This document shows, one piece after another, positions 52,076-59,389 of a stretch of DNA of 59,389 bases. A model generated the notes under the pieces. It did no database searches. It saw only the letters and a program-made list of their open reading frames with translations, and was not told the DNA's origin. Position 1 is the first letter of the stretch; every line of letters starts with the position of its first letter. This DNA is from Nitriliruptorales bacterium (GTDB taxonomy: Bacteria > Actinomycetota > Nitriliruptoria > Nitriliruptorales > JAHWKO01), in contig JBOHEE010000411.1 of the NCBI GenBank assembly GCA_050700895.1, forward strand, positions 1 to 59,389. The letters run 5' to 3'. The translations under genes and the position numbers were made by a program.

Positions 52076-53560
52076 CTACGCCTCAGCGGTCGGCAGGCCC
52101 GTCGCCCCGTCGGACCTGGGCTGCTCCTGCTGGTCCCCGTCGCGACCGCGGTGGACCGCTGCGTACCAACGGGCGCCGTCCGGCCGGTCCTCGACCACGA
52201 TGCCGGCGGCGCTCAGCGCGTCGCGGAGGGCGTCGGCGGTCGCGAAGTCCCGCTCCTCTCGGGCGGCGGCGCGGCGAGAGAGGAGATCCTCGACGAGCGG
52301 GGCGACCCGGTCTGCGAGCCGTTCTGCGGGCGCAAGCTCGTCGGAGATGCCGAGACCGAGAACGCCGTCGCCGAGCGACGCGACCACCTCGGCGAGCGCG
52401 GCGACGCGCGCGGCCGCGTCCTCGTCCCTGCGTTCCGCATCCGGCAGCGCCTCGTTGCCGTCCGCGACCGCGTCGTAGAGCACCGCGAGCGCGCCAGCCA
52501 GGTTGAGGTCGTCGTCGAGCGTCTCCTCGAAGGCGGCCGTCTGTTGGGCGACGACATCGGCGTCGGGGTCGGCGTCGAACCTGCGGCCGTTGCGGACGAA
52601 CGTGACGAGGCGGTCGAAGGCGGCGACGTGCTCGTCGAGCAGAGCCTCCGAGAACTGGAGCGGGCTGCGGTACGAGGCGCTCGCATACCAGAGCCGCATC
52701 GGACCGCGCCCCCAGCGTGCGAGCGCCTCCTGGATCGAGACGACGTTGCCGATGCTCTTCGACATCTTCGTCTCGGCCAGCTCGACCATCCCGTTGTGCA
52801 TCCAGAAGCGGGCGAACTCCGGCCCGTGGGCGGCTTCGTGCTGGGCGATCTCGTTCTCGTGGTGGGGGAAGATGAGGTCGAGGCCGCCCCCGTGGAGGTC
52901 GAAGCCGTGGCCGAGGTGCTTGGCGGCCATCGCGGAGCACTCGATGTGCCATCCGGGGCGTCCCGGGCCCCACGGCGAGGGCCAAGACGGCTCGCCCGGC
53001 TTCGCCGCCTTCCACAGCGCGAAGTCGATCGGATCCTCCTTCGCGACCGCCGGGACGTCGGCTGGCTGGGCGGCATCCTCCAGCCGCCGCCCCGAGAGCT
53101 TCCCGTACCCGTCGAACGTGCGCACCCGGAAGAGGACGTTGCCTTCCGACTCGTAGGCGTTGCCCTTCTCGATGAGGTCGGCGATGAGCTCCTGCATCTC
53201 GAGGATGTGCGCGGTGGCGTGTGGCTGCATGTCCGGGGGCAGGACGCCGAGTGCGTCCATGTCGCCGTTCCAGGCGCGCGTGTAGCGGTCGGCGATCTCG
53301 AACGCGCTGACCCCCTCCTCGTTCGCGCGACTGATGATCTTGTCGTCCATATCGGTGATGTTCATCACGACGGTGACGTCGGCGCCGCGATGGCGCAGGT
53401 AGCGGACGAGGACGTCGAAGACGACCGCCATCCGGGCGTGCCCGACGTGCGCCGCTCCGTACACGGTCGGGCCACAGACGTAGATCGCGGCCTTGCCGGG
53501 CTCGCGTGGGTCGAAGTCGACCTTCTCACGACGGAGTGTGTCGTAGATCACAAGGGGCAT
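52076..53560 (-). CDS. cysS: Cysteine--tRNA ligase
   Basis: ATG 53560 (MPLVIYDTLRREKVDF). CGPTVYGAAHVGHAR (HIGH), CSAM..., and KMSKSIGN (KMSKS). Confidence 0.95.
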   Translation of the reverse strand: MPLVIYDTLRREKVDFDPREPGKAAIYVCGPTVYGAAHVGHARMAVVFDVLVRYLRHRGADVTVVMNITDMDDKIISRANEEGVSAFEIADRYTRAWNGDMDALGVLPPDMQPHATAHILEMQELIADLIEKGNAYESEGNVLFRVRTFDGYGKLSGRRLEDAAQPADVPAVAKEDPIDFALWKAAKPGEPSWPSPWGPGRPGWHIECSAMAAKHLGHGFDLHGGGLDLIFPHHENEIAQHEAAHGPEFARFWMHNGMVELAETKMSKSIGNVVSIQEALARWGRGPMRLWYASASYRSPLQFSEALLDEHVAAFDRLVTFVRNGRRFDADPDADVVAQQTAAFEETLDDDLNLAGALAVLYDAVADGNEALPDAERRDEDAAARVAALAEVVASLGDGVLGLGISDELAPAERLADRVAPLVEDLLSRRAAAREERDFATADALRDALSAAGIVVEDRPDGARWYAAVHRGRDGDQQEQPRSDGATGLPTAEA

Positions 53561-53618
53561 GGGCGGCTGCGTCCCTGGTCGGCACGTGGCTGCCGAGCGT
53601 ACTGAGCGTCTCCGCCGC

Positions 53619-54119
53619 TCAGCGACCCGCTCTCTCCTCCCTCTCCACCAAGCAAGTCGCCCAGCAAGCGATGCCCTCGCCCCGTCCGACCGCACCGAGG
53701 CCGTCGGTGCTGGTGATCTTCACCGAGACATCCCCCTCCTCGAGGCCGAGGGCGACCGCGAGGCTCGCCGCCATCGCGTCCCGGTGCTCCGCAAGGCGTG
53801 GCCGCTGGGCAACGACGGTGAGGTCGACGTTCACCAGGGCGAGCGCGCGGTCCGTGAGCTCGGACACGACCGCGCTCAGGAGGGCGAGCGACTCGACACC
53901 CTCGAGCGCGGGATCGTCGGCCCCGAAGCGGCTCCCGAGATCGCCCCGACCCGCGGCGCCGAGGAGCGCGTCGATCACGGCGTGGGAGACGACGTCGGCG
54001 TCCGAGTGGCCGGCGAGACCGGGCGATCCCGGGATTCGCACACCGGCCAGGACGAGCGGTCGCTCGGGGTTCTCGCTGAACGCATGCGCGTCCAGCCCGC
54101 TGCCGACGCGAACAGTCAT
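53619..54119 (-). CDS. ispF: 2-C-methyl-D-erythritol 2,4-cyclodiphosphate synthase
   Basis: VGSGLDAHAF...LAGHSDADVVSHAVIDALLGA...GDLGSRFG are the canonical IspF motifs. Confidence 0.95.
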   Translation of the reverse strand: MTVRVGSGLDAHAFSENPERPLVLAGVRIPGSPGLAGHSDADVVSHAVIDALLGAAGRGDLGSRFGADDPALEGVESLALLSAVVSELTDRALALVNVDLTVVAQRPRLAEHRDAMAASLAVALGLEEGDVSVKITSTDGLGAVGRGEGIACWATCLVEREERAGR

Positions 54120-54832
54120 GCTCCCAGCACCCTGGTCCCTTCGACCACCGAGGCGACGAGGACCAGGTCCTCGGGACAGGTGACCTTCACGTCCCGAGGG
54201 TCCCCGCGGACGAGCACGATGCGGCCGCCCACCGCGCCCGCCTCCCGCAGCCGCTCGACGAGGGCCAGGTCGTCGGTGGCGTCGGCACGGCGTCCCGCGA
54301 GGGCGTCGACGAGGATGTCGCGTCGGACGACCTGGGGGGTGTGCACCGCCCAGAGGTCCGACCGATCCACGGTCTCGACGACGTCTCCGTCGGGGCCGAC
54401 CCGCTTCAGCGTGTCCGCGACAGCCAGGCCGGGGGCGGCGGCGACGACGTCGCCCCTGACGGCATCGATGGCCCGCGCGACGACGGCGGGAGGCACCAGC
54501 GGCCTCGCGGCGTCGTGGACAGCCACCACCTCGACATCGGGCGAGAGGGCAGCGACTCCGGCGGCGACGCTCTCCGTCCGCGTCGCCCCGCCCGGGACGA
54601 GCACTGCCGTGTCGCCGGCGATCGCCCGGAACGCCTCCTCCTCGCCGGGGGGATGCACGACGACGACCTCGGTGACGGCTGGCACCGCCCGGAGGCTCGT
54701 CAGGGCGAGCTCGAGGAGCGTCCTGCCGGCCACCTCGACGAGGGCCTTCGGCGTGCCGTCGGAGCCGCCGGCGAGACGCTCTCCCACCCCGGCGGCGACG
54801 ACGACCGCCGCCGTCCGCGGGGTGTCGCTCAT
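54116..54832 (-). CDS. ispD: 2-C-methyl-D-erythritol 4-phosphate cytidylyltransferase
   Basis: AAVVVAAGVGERL...PKALVEVAGRTLLE...VHDAARPLV. Overlaps ispF (ATGA) and the upstream PIN/TRAM gene. Confidence 0.9.
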   Translation of the reverse strand: MSDTPRTAAVVVAAGVGERLAGGSDGTPKALVEVAGRTLLELALTSLRAVPAVTEVVVVHPPGEEEAFRAIAGDTAVLVPGGATRTESVAAGVAALSPDVEVVAVHDAARPLVPPAVVARAIDAVRGDVVAAAPGLAVADTLKRVGPDGDVVETVDRSDLWAVHTPQVVRRDILVDALAGRRADATDDLALVERLREAGAVGGRIVLVRGDPRDVKVTCPEDLVLVASVVEGTRVLGA

Positions 54833-55917
54833 CCCGCGTCCCCGGCCAGGTTCGCGAACACCATCCGTCCGCTGCGGGTCTGGAGCAGTGACGTGACTTC
54901 GATGGACACGGTGCTACCGACCCTGTCCGCTGCCTTCTCGATGACCACCATGGTCCCGTCGGGCAGGTACCCCACGCCCTGGCCCGCCTCGCGGCCCTCC
55001 TTCGTCACCGACAGGTCGAAGCGGTCTCCCGGAAGCACCGGCGGACGCAACGCCTCCGCGAGGGCATGCAGGTTCAGGACGCGCACGCCGCTGATCTCCG
55101 CCACGCGAGCGAGGTTCGAGTCGACGGTGACGAGCTGCGCCCCACGGGTCCGGGCGAGCTCCGCGAGCTTCGCGTCCACGTCGACGAGTTCGGGCACGTC
55201 CTCGTCGGTCACCTCCAGGCCGACGATGGCCTCCTCCTGCATGACGCGGAGGGTTTCGAGTCCACGCCGGCCGGCGTGGCGCTTGCGGGAGTCGTCGAGA
55301 TCTGCGAGGGACTGCAGCTCGACCAGGACAAAGCGAGGGACGACGAGCGTGCCGTCGAGGAAGCCGGCACGTGCCACCTGGACGATGCGGCCGTCGATCA
55401 GCGCCGAGGTGTCGACGAGCTTCGCCCGGCTCCCCCGGGTCGGGGCCGTCACCTCGAGGCGGCCGCGCGCCCCGAGGAAGCGGAGGAGGTCGCCGCCGCG
55501 GGCGGCGCCGAGCCGGCCACCCAGGTAGGCGAGCACCACGACCGCCACCATGGCGAGGGGGACCGTGATGACCTTCGCCGGCAACAGGAGAACCGGCCAG
55601 GTGAGGACGAGGCTGATCAAGCCACCCAGGGCCGCGCCGAGGACGCTCGCGACGAGAACCGCCGCCTCGACGCTCCGCAGCCGCTCCTCGGCGATGTCGA
55701 CGCCGGCGAGGAAGCTGCGTCCGCCGATGCCCCCGATGACGTAGCCGAACAGCGCGCCCAGCATCGAGCTGACGAAGCGCACGAAGATCGGGTCGGAGTC
55801 CTCGAAGAACGCCGAGATGTCCGGCCCGAGGGTGAAGCCGACCGCGGTGAGGAGCAGGACGATCGCGAGCCGTACGAGCTCGACCACGACAAGGCCCCGG
55901 GGGCCTCGCTCCGCCAT
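54829..55917 (-). CDS. PIN/TRAM-domain membrane-associated protein (YacL-like)
   Basis: N-terminal TM helices, a PIN domain (KLVDTSALIDGRI...) and a C-terminal TRAM (GDRFDLSVTKEGREAGQGVGYLPDGTMVVIE). Its position upstream of ispD matches B. subtilis yacL. Confidence 0.8.
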   Translation of the reverse strand: MAERGPRGLVVVELVRLAIVLLLTAVGFTLGPDISAFFEDSDPIFVRFVSSMLGALFGYVIGGIGGRSFLAGVDIAEERLRSVEAAVLVASVLGAALGGLISLVLTWPVLLLPAKVITVPLAMVAVVVLAYLGGRLGAARGGDLLRFLGARGRLEVTAPTRGSRAKLVDTSALIDGRIVQVARAGFLDGTLVVPRFVLVELQSLADLDDSRKRHAGRRGLETLRVMQEEAIVGLEVTDEDVPELVDVDAKLAELARTRGAQLVTVDSNLARVAEISGVRVLNLHALAEALRPPVLPGDRFDLSVTKEGREAGQGVGYLPDGTMVVIEKAADRVGSTVSIEVTSLLQTRSGRMVFANLAGDAG

Positions 55918-55966
55918 GGTGGAACCTTCCCCTGCCGCGGGACGGGGGGAGGCTACAGCCGGAGGA

Positions 55967-56458
55967 CTAGCCGTGGGCCTCCGCGAGGGTCTTGTTCACG
56001 AGCTCCTCGGCCTTCTCTTCGTCCTTCTTGATGGCCACAGCGAGCTCGGAGAGCAGGATCTGCTTCGCCTTCGTGAGCATGCGCTTCTCGCCGGCGGAAA
56101 GGCCCTTGTCGGCGTCGCGCGTGCAGAGGTTCCGCACGACCTCGGCGACCTGGTAGATGTCGCCGGAGCGGAGCTTCTCGTAGTTGGCCTTGAAGCGGCG
56201 GGACCAGTTGCCGACCTGCTTGCCCTCGGGCGAGCGGAGGATGTCGAGGACCCGCTCGACCTCCTTCTTCGTCACGACGCTGCGGACGCCGCACTCCTCG
56301 AGGGCATCCGACGGCACCATGACGGTGAGGTCGCCGTAGGTGAGGCGCAGCACGAAGTAGTCGCGCACCTCCCCCTTGAGTTCTCGCTTCTCCTTCTTCT
56401 CGATGACGGCGGCGCCGTGGTGCGGGTAGATGACGGTGTCGCCGACATTGAAGGCCAT
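55967..56458 (-). CDS. carD: RNA polymerase-binding transcription factor CarD
   Basis: MAFNVGDTVIYPHHGAAVIEKKEKRELKGEVRDYFVLRL.... ATG at 56458, 163 aa. Confidence 0.95.
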   Translation of the reverse strand: MAFNVGDTVIYPHHGAAVIEKKEKRELKGEVRDYFVLRLTYGDLTVMVPSDALEECGVRSVVTKKEVERVLDILRSPEGKQVGNWSRRFKANYEKLRSGDIYQVAEVVRNLCTRDADKGLSAGEKRMLTKAKQILLSELAVAIKKDEEKAEELVNKTLAEAHG

Positions 56459-56623
56459 GGACGAACTCCTCAGGTCGTACGCGAGCCGGTCGAGGCTCGG
56501 TCGTGCATGTGCGCTCACCCGGCAGCGCCGGGTCCGTCCCTGCCCCGTCGTGGGCGACGACCCATGAGGGAGTTGGTCCCGTCCCCCGTCCGACGGTGGT
56601 GAGGCGACGGTGGTCGTTGGGCC

Positions 56624-56653
56624 AGGATACCACGCCGCGTCGAGGGCCCTCAA
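56624..56653 (-). promoter_or_regulatory. Candidate sigma-A promoter of carD
   Basis: The minus strand reads TTGAGG-N18-TATCCT, about 170 nt upstream of the carD ATG. Confidence 0.35.
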
Positions 56654-56738
56654 CCGAAACGTGGAGTTTCCCCAGGTCAGAGCCACCCTGCGTGGTCGAG
56701 ATGTTGCCGTGCGGCATATCCCGGGCTCCCGAACCGCC

Positions 56739-57806
56739 TCAGACGTAGCGCTCGAGCAGGGAGGACTCCGCAAGGCGGGCGAGACCGTCCTTGATCGACC
56801 GCGCCCTGGCCTCACCGACACCCTCGACGTCGTCGAGATCCTCGAGGCTCGCCCCCATGACGCCCTGCAGGCTCCCGAAGCGCTTCACGAGGTTCTCGAT
56901 CACCGGGTCGGGCAGGCGCGGAATCTTCGACAGGAGCCGGTAGCCGCGGGGCGCGACCGGTCGGTCGAGCTGGTCGGCGTCGTGGGCGAGCGCCTTCGCG
57001 ATGCGATCGAGGTCGAGCGCCTCCTCGCTGGTGAGCTCCGAGAGGCTGTTGAGGACCGTCTCGAGCCTGCGGCGGCGGTCGGCGAGATAGTCGCGGACGA
57101 CGAGCGCGCGCTCCTCCTGGACATGGGGCATGAGCTCGTCGAGCTGCAGCTCGATGAGACGCCCCTCTCGGCCGAGCTCGACGATGTAGCCCTCGATCTC
57201 CTCGGCGATCCGAACGACCATCTCCGCCCGCCGCAGGACCTGCACCACGTCCCGCACGGTGACGTTGTCCTCGATCTCGAGGGCCGACAGCGAGGCGGAG
57301 CCCTCGTCGAGGCGGGCGCGGTACCGCTCGAGGGTGGCGAGCGCCTGGTTCGCCCGGAACAGCAGCGAGGAGACGTCCTCGAGGACGGTCTTGCCGCTGT
57401 CGAGGTACAGGGTGACGATCCGCATCGACTCCGAGACGGAGATCACGGGCTTCTTGGTCTGCCTCGCCACGCGCTCGGCGGAGCGGTGGCGCATCCCGGT
57501 CTCGTCGGTCGGGATCTGGGAGTTCGGGACGAGGTGGACGTTCGCGCGGAGGATCCGGTCGCCCTCGTTGGACAGGATGATCGCGCCGTCCATCTTCGCG
57601 AGCTCGGAGAGACGCTGGGCGGTGCAGTTGATCTCCATCGCGAACCCGCCGGAGGAGACCTCGGCCACCGAGTCGTCCATGCCGACGACGATGAGGGCGC
57701 CCCGGGCGCTCAGGATGATGCGCTGCACCGCGTCACGGAGCACAGTGCCCGGGGCGAGCTTGGCGAGAACCGGTCGGAAGACCTGGTCGCTCCGACCGTC
57801 CTCCAC
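56739..57806 (-). CDS. disA: DNA integrity scanning protein DisA (diadenylate cyclase)
   Basis: GTG 57806 is preceded by GGAGG. GALIVVG...DGAIILS...RHRSAERVARQT is the DAC domain. A C-terminal HhH follows (LEDLDDVEGVGEARARSIKDGL). The upstream 143 codons of the track ORF are rejected. Confidence 0.95.
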   Translation of the reverse strand: MEDGRSDQVFRPVLAKLAPGTVLRDAVQRIILSARGALIVVGMDDSVAEVSSGGFAMEINCTAQRLSELAKMDGAIILSNEGDRILRANVHLVPNSQIPTDETGMRHRSAERVARQTKKPVISVSESMRIVTLYLDSGKTVLEDVSSLLFRANQALATLERYRARLDEGSASLSALEIEDNVTVRDVVQVLRRAEMVVRIAEEIEGYIVELGREGRLIELQLDELMPHVQEERALVVRDYLADRRRRLETVLNSLSELTSEEALDLDRIAKALAHDADQLDRPVAPRGYRLLSKIPRLPDPVIENLVKRFGSLQGVMGASLEDLDDVEGVGEARARSIKDGLARLAESSLLERYV

Positions 57807-57888
57807 CGTGCGGCCTCCGCTCGCTCTCGGACGGGAGCCTATACGAGGGCCCAACGGGTTCCCTGGACGTCGCTCACGAACGTGCAGG

Positions 57889-59262
57889 TCAGGCGACCGC
57901 AGAGACAGCCGACGGTTCCAACGCGGCCGCGATCGCCGCGGACAGGTCGCGCACGCGATGGAGCCGCAACCCGTGGTCGTCCCCGTCGTAGCCGGCCGCG
58001 ACGAGCGCCCGCCCGTAGCCGAGCCGAGCCGCCTCCGCGAGCCGGGCCGAGAGACGGGGGACGACCCGGACCTCGCCCGCGAGCCCGACCTCACCGAGTG
58101 CGACCAGCGATCCCGGCACGGGGCGGCCTGCCCTCGCCGACGCAATGGCGAGGCACACGGCGAGGTCGGCGGCGGGCTCCCGCAGGCGCACTCCACCGAC
58201 CGCGCTGGCGAACAGGTCCTGATCCGCCAGAGCAACCCCCGCCCTGCGCTCGAGCACCGCGACGAGGAGGGGGAGACGGCCGTTGTCGAGACCTGTCGCC
58301 TGCCGTCGTGGCAGCTTGAGCGAGGACTTGGCGGTGAGCGCCTGGACCTCGACGACGAGCGGCCGCGGGCCCTCGACGGTGACGGTCACCGCGACTCCGC
58401 TCGCATCCCCCTCGTGCTCGGCCAGGAAGAGCCGGGACGGGTCCGTCACCTCCGCGAGGCCGTGTGAGGTCATCTCGAAGCACCCGACCTCTCCCACCGC
58501 GCCGAAACGGTTCTTCACCGCTCGCACGAGGCGGAGTGCGTGGTGGCGGTCGCCCTCGACCGACAGGACCACGTCGACGAGGTGCTCGAGCACGCGGGGG
58601 CCGGCAAGGGTGCCCTCCTTCGTGACGTGTCCGACGACGACGACGGCGCAGCCCGTCGCCTTCGCGCAGCGGGCGAGCGCGGCCGCGCACTCGCGCACCT
58701 GCGCGACCGACCCCGGCGACGAGGACACCGACGTGTCGGAGATGGTCTGGATCGAGTCGACGATCACGACGTCGGGCTCGTGCGACTCGACCAGGCTCAG
58801 GACCCCGGACAGCGACGTCTCTGCGCCCACTAGCAGGCGGTCGGCGAGGGCGCCGAGTCGGTCGGCGCGGAGACGGATCTGGCCGGGCGACTCCTCTCCC
58901 GAGAGGTAGAGGACGGTCCGCCCGGAGGCGGCGACGTGCTGGGCGGCCTGGAGGAGCAGCGTCGACTTGCCGACGCCGGGCTCGCCTCCCAGGAGGGCCA
59001 CGACGCCGGGCACGAGCCCGCCGCCGAGTACCCGGTCGAGCTCGCCGATGCCGGTCGTCGTCCGCTCGGCGTCCGCGAGCGGGACCTCCCCGAGCGGACG
59101 GGCGTCGACCCTCGCCGGGCCAGGGCGGTGACCCTGGGGTCCAGCGGACTCCCGCTCCTCGCCCATCGTCCCCCAGGAGCCGCACGCCGGACAGCGTCCC
59201 ACCCAGCGCGGCTCCTCGTGACCGCACTCCGAGCAGCGTGAGCTCGTCCGCGCCTTCGCCAT
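57889..59262 (-). CDS. radA: DNA repair protein RadA/Sms
   Basis: Zinc finger CSECGHEEPRWVGRCPACGSWGT, Walker A GGEPGVGKST, KNRFG motif, and a C-terminal Lon-like domain. Confidence 0.95.
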   Translation of the reverse strand: MAKARTSSRCSECGHEEPRWVGRCPACGSWGTMGEERESAGPQGHRPGPARVDARPLGEVPLADAERTTTGIGELDRVLGGGLVPGVVALLGGEPGVGKSTLLLQAAQHVAASGRTVLYLSGEESPGQIRLRADRLGALADRLLVGAETSLSGVLSLVESHEPDVVIVDSIQTISDTSVSSSPGSVAQVRECAAALARCAKATGCAVVVVGHVTKEGTLAGPRVLEHLVDVVLSVEGDRHHALRLVRAVKNRFGAVGEVGCFEMTSHGLAEVTDPSRLFLAEHEGDASGVAVTVTVEGPRPLVVEVQALTAKSSLKLPRRQATGLDNGRLPLLVAVLERRAGVALADQDLFASAVGGVRLREPAADLAVCLAIASARAGRPVPGSLVALGEVGLAGEVRVVPRLSARLAEAARLGYGRALVAAGYDGDDHGLRLHRVRDLSAAIAAALEPSAVSAVA

Positions 59263-59389
59263 CGGCCGCCTCCGTCGGTTCGTCGTCGCGCGACGGTACG
59301 CGGGGGGTGCGACAGGCCCGCCAGGCGGGTCGGTTCAACGAGGGTCAGCGAGAGCGGAGCGTGACGCGGACGCCATGGAGCGGCCGCTG

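Noticed and set aside
56610-58319. 569-aa plus-strand ORF and the 498-aa extended disA ORF (to 58235)
   Set aside because: The plus-strand ORF is antisense to disA. The disA N-terminal extension overlaps radA and is Arg/Ser/Pro junk. GTG 57806 with a GGAGG RBS fits DisA homologues.

Overview
59.4-kb, very GC-rich chromosomal segment that looks like Actinomycetota. GC3 is near saturation, so the six-frame track is full of long spurious antisense ORFs.

Most real genes lie on the minus strand in familiar housekeeping syntenies:
- rsmA-tatD
- ECF sigma plus a membrane partner
- S9 peptidase / metG
- abrB-like / rsmI / pmt
- glpR-like-moaC-moeA(glp)-galU-[GGDEF]-5FCL-fmdB-mtnP
- uppP, ettA, a membrane spermidine-synthase-like gene, kgd
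- a Firmicute-like block: radA-disA-carD-PIN/TRAM-ispD-ispF-cysS-rlmB-sigH-like

There are three tRNA genes: Ala-CGC, Arg-CCT and Thr-UGU. No rRNA and no CRISPR array.

Two tRNA-linked, decayed accessory islets are visible:
1. A 2.9-kb restriction-modification islet bounded by a 44-bp duplication of the tRNA-Ala 3' half. It has no integrase, an intact beta-class methyltransferase and a frameshifted endonuclease.
2. A ~4-kb islet next to tRNA-Arg. It carries a truncated tyrosine integrase, AbiEi with a frameshifted AbiEii, a possibly frameshifted HTH gene, and a DUF6883/DUF4926 pair.

Main findings:
- A CcdA/DsbD-family membrane gene has its second redox cysteine codon replaced by an in-frame TGA, followed at the fdhF-like distance by a hairpin with a GGUCU loop. 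This is a candidate selenoprotein. It sits beside a MerR-family regulator and a monothiol thioredoxin-fold gene with a MerR-type long-spacer promoter.
- A clear SAM-I riboswitch with a terminator lies upstream of a zinc-ribbon threonine-synthase-like gene plus a MoaD/ThiS-like GG-terminal carrier. This resembles the MetM/MetO homocysteine route.
- A family of palindromic intergenic repeat elements occurs as 4 copies at 3 loci.
- Several short direct or tandem repeats sit in regulatory spacers.

Four single-base frameshifts are present. Three are in accessory DNA and one is in a DUF1801 gene, so indel error in the assembly should be excluded. All calls rest on reading the sequence and on motif recall. 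No database search was run.
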